A stretch of DNA of 64,000 bases from the NCBI GenBank assembly GCA_004764695.1, contig SMSO01000036.1:1-64000 (forward strand), given 5' to 3'. The translations under genes were made by a program, and so were the position numbers. The DNA is from Schizochytrium sp. TIO01 (taxonomy: Eukaryota > Protista > Bigyra: Labyrinthulomycetes). The notes under the pieces were generated by a model. That model had not been told where the DNA came from. It was given only the letters and a program-made list of their open reading frames with translations, and did no database searches. Below are positions 58,114 through 64,000 of the stretch, piece by piece; positions within the stretch are counted from its first letter, which is position 1, and every line of letters starts with the position of its first letter.

Positions 58114-59944
58114 ATGTCGTCTTTGCCTCCTCCAGTGCCCCGGCGCGTGACGTCAAATCAGCCTCCACCCCTGCCTCCGCGAAATAATCCTTCACAAAGA
58201 ACCCTCATTGCGTCTCCACCACCCAAGGTCAATGATTCATGCAAGGAGCCTATTCCCCGTGGTGCAGCAATGGCAATGCCTCCGCCAGTGCCAAGGCGAG
58301 GAAAGCTCATCAGAGCGCAAACATATCACGCCGAGGAAGAAAAATCTCAGCAACACATTAGTAAGGATCATCATGAGAAATCTCAGAATCGTGAACATCT
58401 CATTTCACAGCATGGGTCCGAGGAAGTAAACCAAGACCAGAGCAGTCATGTGTTGGATTTGAATAGGAGACCTCCGCCGCGATGTAGCCATTCTCGCTCT
58501 GTATCTGCTGGGTCGGTAATGCGCACTGAAGAAGGGCAAATATATGAAGCTTCGTTTCAAAAGATAACGACCTCGAATCACCACCGAGCGTCTACCTTGG
58601 ATAGTATTAACCTTGAAGATATGAGATACACTGTACGTAGCAATCAAGCAGAGCATCGGACTCCTCCACCTTTGCCAATGTCAACGAAGCCTTCACAAGT
58701 ATCTGAAAAGAAATCAGATTTGCTGGAAAACCAAGATTTACCGGGCTCAATCGACAATAGTGCTCTTTTGGCAAGGCCAATCATCCGCCATACACGACGA
58801 AGTAGTCGACGCGGTTTGCAACGCAATGGAAGTCGACGCCAGCCAATCGTTGTTTCCAGTACTACGGCTTTCCACTCAAAGTAGTACCTCGTGTCATTTA
58901 GCCAATCGCTCTCCCCAAAACACAGCAGAACAACATAAGAAAAATACTTGTGAGCCAGTACAAGCAAACTCACAGCCAGCAGCTCCTCATGACCATAAAG
59001 AAATTGGTGAAGACGTTGATAATATTGATGACATGGTTATCCCGCTACAGCGTCCATGCGTTGGCTGCGCAATATATTCCTTTACATCTGACCATGAGAG
59101 TGACCTCTGTTTCAAAAAGGGAGACATGATCACAATCGATGCACAAGTTGGCACAGACTGGCTTCGTGGTCGTTCAGCAAAACGAGTTGGGATCTTCCCT
59201 GCATCATACATATATGTTATGGGCAACCAAGACAAACCAGAACTTATTCGTCGTGGGGCGTCTGGTTGGCGAGCGATCGTACGCTTTGATTACCCAGGGA
59301 CTTACGCTGGGTCTTTGACACTGTGTCGCGGTACCGAAGTCCGTGTTGAGAAATCCGCAGAAGAGGGATGGTATTTTGGCCACATTCCTTCCCAACATGT
59401 AGAGTTTGAGGAAAATCCCCCAACTCTGATTCCAACATGTTCCGGTTTATTCCCCAAAACATATGTAGAGATTATTGAGGAAGGACGAATTAATGCAGTT
59501 GCGATCCAGGACTATGAAAGTCCTCGCTTTTCATTTCGAGTTGGTGATGTAATTGAAATCCTAGCAAAGGTTTCGCCAGGATCCAAGTTAGTTGGCAGGA
59601 TATCGACACACGAAGGCATCTTCCCTCGGAGAACGGTTATTTATGATAAGGCTTTTGAGACAAAACTTCCAATCATGCCAGAAGGCTGGCGTTTGAGCTC
59701 GCGAAGCACCCATGCCCATAATGCATGTACCTCCCAGTCTCCTCACCAACCGCCACCTGTCCCATCCAAACATGCAGGTGCAACCCCTGTAAACCAGTTT
59801 TCTCCTTCTCCTCTTCCTCCTCCTCCCCCCTCTTATCCAACGATTGATGAGGATGATTCTGCGCATCGTGATTTGGTACTGCCAATGGCAGATCGTATCA
59901 AAGCTCGCAAGAACCATAATAACGAAAATTGTACTATCTCTTAA
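58114..59944 (+). CDS. Proline-rich protein with three SH3 domains; frame change near 58800-58880 (short intron or 1-nt indel)
   Basis: Frame 1 has PPPVPRR motifs from ATG 58114. Frame 2 has three SH3 units: AIYSF..DL.FKKGD.I..WLRG..GIFPASY, FDYPG..L.L..G..GW.FG..GLFPKTYV, and QDY..FSFRVGDVI..EGIFP. Confidence 0.75.
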
Positions 59945-60428
59945 TCTAAGAGGCTGCAAACCCTTCCGAATGTAAAGTCTTCAATTCAACATAGCGAAAT
60001 GTCCAAATTTGTTGCATCATGCGTAATTCATACGCTTTTGGGCGAATTTGCTAAGCTCTGAAAATAAGGAATAGAGAACGGGTTTCTAAAAACAAAAAAT
60101 ACTAATCTAAGCTCAACTTTAGTTATAGAAATTTGTACATTACTTTTTAATGCAAGCCTTTGGGAGATTCTCCCTTGACGCCTAATAGTATCTGAATTAA
60201 ACGCGCTCGCGCAAATCGAGAAAGAGAAACACCACAATCTGCTGAAACCTTCCCTTTTTTAATTATCTTGCGAGCTCAACTTCTACTAATGAATCTTAGC
60301 TATGAGAGTCCTTCGCAGTTTCACGCTATATGGAAACTCTAATGGACATAGATGTACTTTCTTTTTTTTAAGTTCACCCAGTGAGCTTTAAATATCGATA
60401 AAGTTGTACGAGAATATCTATCAAAAAG

Positions 60429-61859
60429 CTATACAGAAGCCCCACGCAAGCGTTGGATGAGGTCGAATGCATGCGTTTCAGGCTCTGGCACAGGTTCAAG
60501 ATAGTCTCTGTGGTTATCTTCGGCCCACATTTCTGTAAATTTGTTATTAAAAAGTGCAACTCCTGCAAGAAGGTCTGCAGCGTATGTGGTTCGTAGATGG
60601 TGGTATTCAATTGCTGCAACAATTCTATTCCGCTTTGTAACAGCCTTCCACATGACAAGATATAAGTGCTTCAACCGGTCTGCAATTGTAGCTTTGCGGT
60701 GAGCAAAGCGGCCAATGCTGGAAGCACAATGGAGAAGACTATCTACAAATTCTTCAAAGAGCATCTTTGGCACGCGTTCGTGAAAAGCGCGATAATCTAT
60801 AGATGCAAGAAATGCTTCACCCAGGGTCTGTGTTGAAAGTAAAGCGGAGGTGCCAAGCCCAAAATCCTTTGCAAACTCGAGGAAACCTTCATAGCTTAGT
60901 TCTTCTTTCATACGATTACCTTGAGGGATACCTGACACTGAGCTTTTGGTGTCTGCCCACAGAGCCTTTGTCGCGTTCCCAAAGCCCTCTGAAGATGAGG
61001 AACGCTCAGCTGCGGAAGAATAGAATCTGAAAATTTGCGCAAATGCAGATTCGAATCGCTGTAGTACTCGACGCACCTCTGTGTCTTCAAGCATATGAGC
61101 CACAGATTTTGGTTTTCTGCAATGTGCATGAGGTAGAATCATTTCCACGAAACATCGTAGAGAAAGTTCGGGGCTAGGTTGTCTGGGAAACACCTTTTGG
61201 GATAGCTTTAGTATGATATTGAGAAATGTTGGGAATGTGATTTTGCGAGAGCTGCTTTTATGCATCTTGTCACTCGTCTTTCTATTCTGTGCGTGTTTTG
61301 TTTGCTTGCTTGTCTCTGCACTAACAAGAACATTGATATCAGCAAGACGTAGCTGAGCTGTGTGAAGACCTTCTTTTCTCATTTGCACAGCCCACGTCTC
61401 TTCCCCCGCCAAGGATGTCGCATCGTTCCTCAGAACGCCACAGTCTTGCACAAACTTTGTAAACTCGTAAGAACGAAGATAGTTTAATTGCAAAGGATCT
61501 CCTTGTAGAGCGTAAAACGTGAAAGTATTCCAGAGTTGTAAGTGTGCCTCACTCCAGTCGAATTCTTCATTTTTACTTTCTTGGTGAACCATTGCTGGCG
61601 TCGGGGGGTCCTCGGCTAGCACCAGAGAGGTATCCAGAGACTTTTTGACCTCGGCATTGTCTCTGATTACGTTGCTGTTGCTGTTGCAATCCCCATCCTC
61701 GTCAGAAAGAAGGTCTTCGTGGATGGAGCCCTCGGCATTGATTTCCATGGTAGAGAGGTCTTCACTCGTCGCCTTGAACGTTGTTGCAGCCCCCTTATGC
61801 AGGCTATTTGAGGTATCGTCTAGCAAGGCTGCTATGTTGTTCCCGCCTGAAGATGCCAT
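60429..61859 (-). CDS. Hypothetical helical protein with p25-alpha/EF-hand-like repeats (~476 aa)
   Basis: F.KFVQDCGV..L..ADINV, KITFPTFLNII.KLS.K.FP, IFRFYS, LSYEGFLEFAKDFGL, FEEFVDSLL. First ATG at 61859. Confidence 0.65.
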   Translation of the reverse strand: MASSGGNNIAALLDDTSNSLHKGAATTFKATSEDLSTMEINAEGSIHEDLLSDEDGDCNSNSNVIRDNAEVKKSLDTSLVLAEDPPTPAMVHQESKNEEFDWSEAHLQLWNTFTFYALQGDPLQLNYLRSYEFTKFVQDCGVLRNDATSLAGEETWAVQMRKEGLHTAQLRLADINVLVSAETSKQTKHAQNRKTSDKMHKSSSRKITFPTFLNIILKLSQKVFPRQPSPELSLRCFVEMILPHAHCRKPKSVAHMLEDTEVRRVLQRFESAFAQIFRFYSSAAERSSSSEGFGNATKALWADTKSSVSGIPQGNRMKEELSYEGFLEFAKDFGLGTSALLSTQTLGEAFLASIDYRAFHERVPKMLFEEFVDSLLHCASSIGRFAHRKATIADRLKHLYLVMWKAVTKRNRIVAAIEYHHLRTTYAADLLAGVALFNNKFTEMWAEDNHRDYLEPVPEPETHAFDLIQRLRGASV

Positions 61860-63624
61860 CTGTCGCAAGACAGAAGAACCCCTTGAGACGAATCAATCTC
61901 TCTTGGCCTGCTCACGAAGGTTGTTTTTTTGCCCGGGGTGAGGTCATGAAAGAGTTTCAATCCTAAACAGCCCAAGTAGGCGAATAGTGATATCCCCGCC
62001 AATCCTTTTGGGCGCGGAATCCAATCATACACGGGTCTTCTAATTATCTTCAAAAGTTTTGCTACCGGTTTGGAGTGACTGTTCTCTCCTTTTCGCAGGT
62101 GATCATAGAGGTGTGCATTGCTAGCAATTGGGACATGATAAACCAAGGAGGTGGAATGCTGACTGATATGCTTCACTCTCACTATGTACATAGTCGGAGG
62201 CTTTATTGAAAACTCGTCTTAGTTTAGGGGAAACTTAAGTCAAAGTATCATTATCATTCTATTACTCATAACTATTCATATGCTTCGGTTTGAGGTTTAA
62301 CCCGAGTGAAAAGGCTGCGGTAGGTAGGTATTAATTAGGCCAACTTCATATTGCCTCATTTTCGCTTTTTTTAAATATAAAAAAATGATACTCTAATGAA
62401 GACTTATTCGAGTGGCAACGGGGGCAACAATAATTGCAGTTCTGGCAAAATAACATGAATGTGTCGGCAAATGCCAAATAATATGATGGAGGAAAAAATG
62501 GTGGACTTCACTTTTTCGTGGCCTTAGTCGTGCGTACAGGTATTAGGTTTGAGAAAGCTTCATATTCGGTAGAGGTGAATCAATGCAGACTAGATGTTCC
62601 TACGTGTCTAGGCGAAGATACATATGGAAGAACAAGTGCGCAGGGACCTGCAAACAGTAACGAGTAATTGAAGCTATAAAGTAACGAAACATGGGGCGGG
62701 GGGCTACTTCTCAAAAATGAAGTATGTTAACAACTTGGCGCGGCTCTACTGAATGCATTTTCAACAACAAACATTAAACCACTCGCTCACAAATAAATTC
62801 GCACACGTATTGTATGCTTATGCGAACTTGAAGCTGATTGCCCCTGTCCGTTCTTTTCCCTTATTCAACGGATTGTTGAGTGAGCTTCTAGTGTAACCTA
62901 GCGTAAATAACGAATACTCACTTCCATATAGAATTGGAAGATAGCATGAAGAACCTGGCTCATGATAGTGCCTTAGGTAGCGACAAGTGAGCTGGTCTCT
63001 TTTAAAGCGATGCAATCATATACTTGTTCTACCGAGTGTCTTGATTGGAACTTATTGCCATCTTCTATACCTCTATAATGATTTCTTTTTTGGCTTGTCT
63101 GTTCTTCTTTCCCCTTTCCATTTAGAAAAGGTTGTGTTGCTGTTCAACCAAATAGCATGCTAAGAAAAGCTAAAGGTATGAACACTAGTTGCGCAAGTAT
63201 TAAGAAGGTGTGCACACATTGATACCTCGTGGTAGTTCACTATCAGATTTCGCCACAACAGCGTTGCTGCTATTGTCATTAGACAAAACTTTGCTGCAGA
63301 GGCAGATAGCTACAAGCAAATTCAGCCAGACAAGAAATCAGAGCAGGAGCGAAGACTACGTGTCTCGCACCTGCCAAAGACCTTCGACACATCATTTCCC
63401 AAGGAGAGCCTCCGTGCGAGCGCCTGGAAAGGCGCTCCAGCTGATTGCACCAGCTCAGACATTGTGTCTGCTGAAATATTATTAAGGTGTCAACAAGACC
63501 TAGTATAACGACGTCAACATTAAGAACTCTGCAACATCAAAGGCAAGGGCAACAAGACATACAATAACAGTGGCTTTTCACTGGTTGCGATTTCTCTGAG
63601 AGAATATATCAAACTTGCGCTACT

Positions 63625-64000
63625 ATGTTTCTTCGGAATCGAGGTCATTCAAGCACAAAAATCAATCCTGCTTCCTTGTATAAAATAGATAGTCCTGAGG
63701 GAGCTGAAAAGGATGATGACGTGGGGCCAATATTTCAAAATGAAATTGTGCCCACCGAAGATGAGTTGCGCAAGTTCCAAGATGATTTGCGAGAGACCTC
63801 TGCTGGTATCATGTCTTTGAGAGAGAGGCTAGAATTCATGCTCGCAACCTCTCGGCTCGGCATGATTCTTGATGCCTGGAATACGCTCTTGACCATAACT
63901 GCATGTGCTCTGTATGTGGTTGAGACATATTGGTGGAGCGAAGAGAATAATGAAGCAGTTAGGGATATGAGCATATTTATCACCATCGACATGAGTATCA
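63625..64000 (+). CDS. 5' part of probable BK/Slo-type K+ channel, running off the window
   Basis: Open frame from ATG 63625 to the window end. LRERL..L.TSRLG.I.D..N.LL...ACALYVVETY...IF..IDM resembles the S1-S2 region. Not in the ORF track because it has no stop in the window. Confidence 0.5.
   Translation, partial: MFLRNRGHSSTKINPASLYKIDSPEGAEKDDDVGPIFQNEIVPTEDELRKFQDDLRETSAGIMSLRERLEFMLATSRLGMILDAWNTLLTITACALYVVETYWWSEENNEAVRDMSIFITIDMSI

Noticed and set aside
1-64000. Telomeric repeats or an intact transposase/reverse transcriptase
   Set aside because: None was recognised on either strand, so a subtelomeric location cannot be shown from this window.

Overview
Eukaryotic nuclear DNA, most likely a thraustochytrid (Labyrinthulomycetes, Aurantiochytrium-like), judged from the recognisable 18S sequence. 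The left ~32 kb is a gene-poor accessory zone. It holds a frameshifted kinase-RING-Rcat gene, a 5S rRNA gene, tRNA-Arg(ACG), a broken tRNA-His, an intron-containing tRNA-Ser(GCT) and one solitary 18S-5.8S-28S unit on the minus strand. It also holds an intact 10-exon LRR gene built one repeat per exon (missed by the ORF track), a decayed giant-virus (Nucleocytoviricota-type) major capsid gene, an aldo-keto reductase and many decayed coding remnants. The right ~32 kb is gene-dense: GH31 glucosidase, dolichyl-diphosphatase, CDF transporter, LTV1, alanine aminotransferase, a myristoylated EF-hand protein, a PLL-like lectin, LisH, SH3 and p25-like proteins, and the start of a probable BK-type channel. 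The most striking item is the single ORF at 40423-41706. It appears to fuse an NAA80-like actin N-terminal acetyltransferase to an ACTMAP (C19orf54)-like actin maturation protease, i.e. two consecutive steps of actin N-terminal processing in one polypeptide. All family assignments are by-eye motif recognition; no searches were run.
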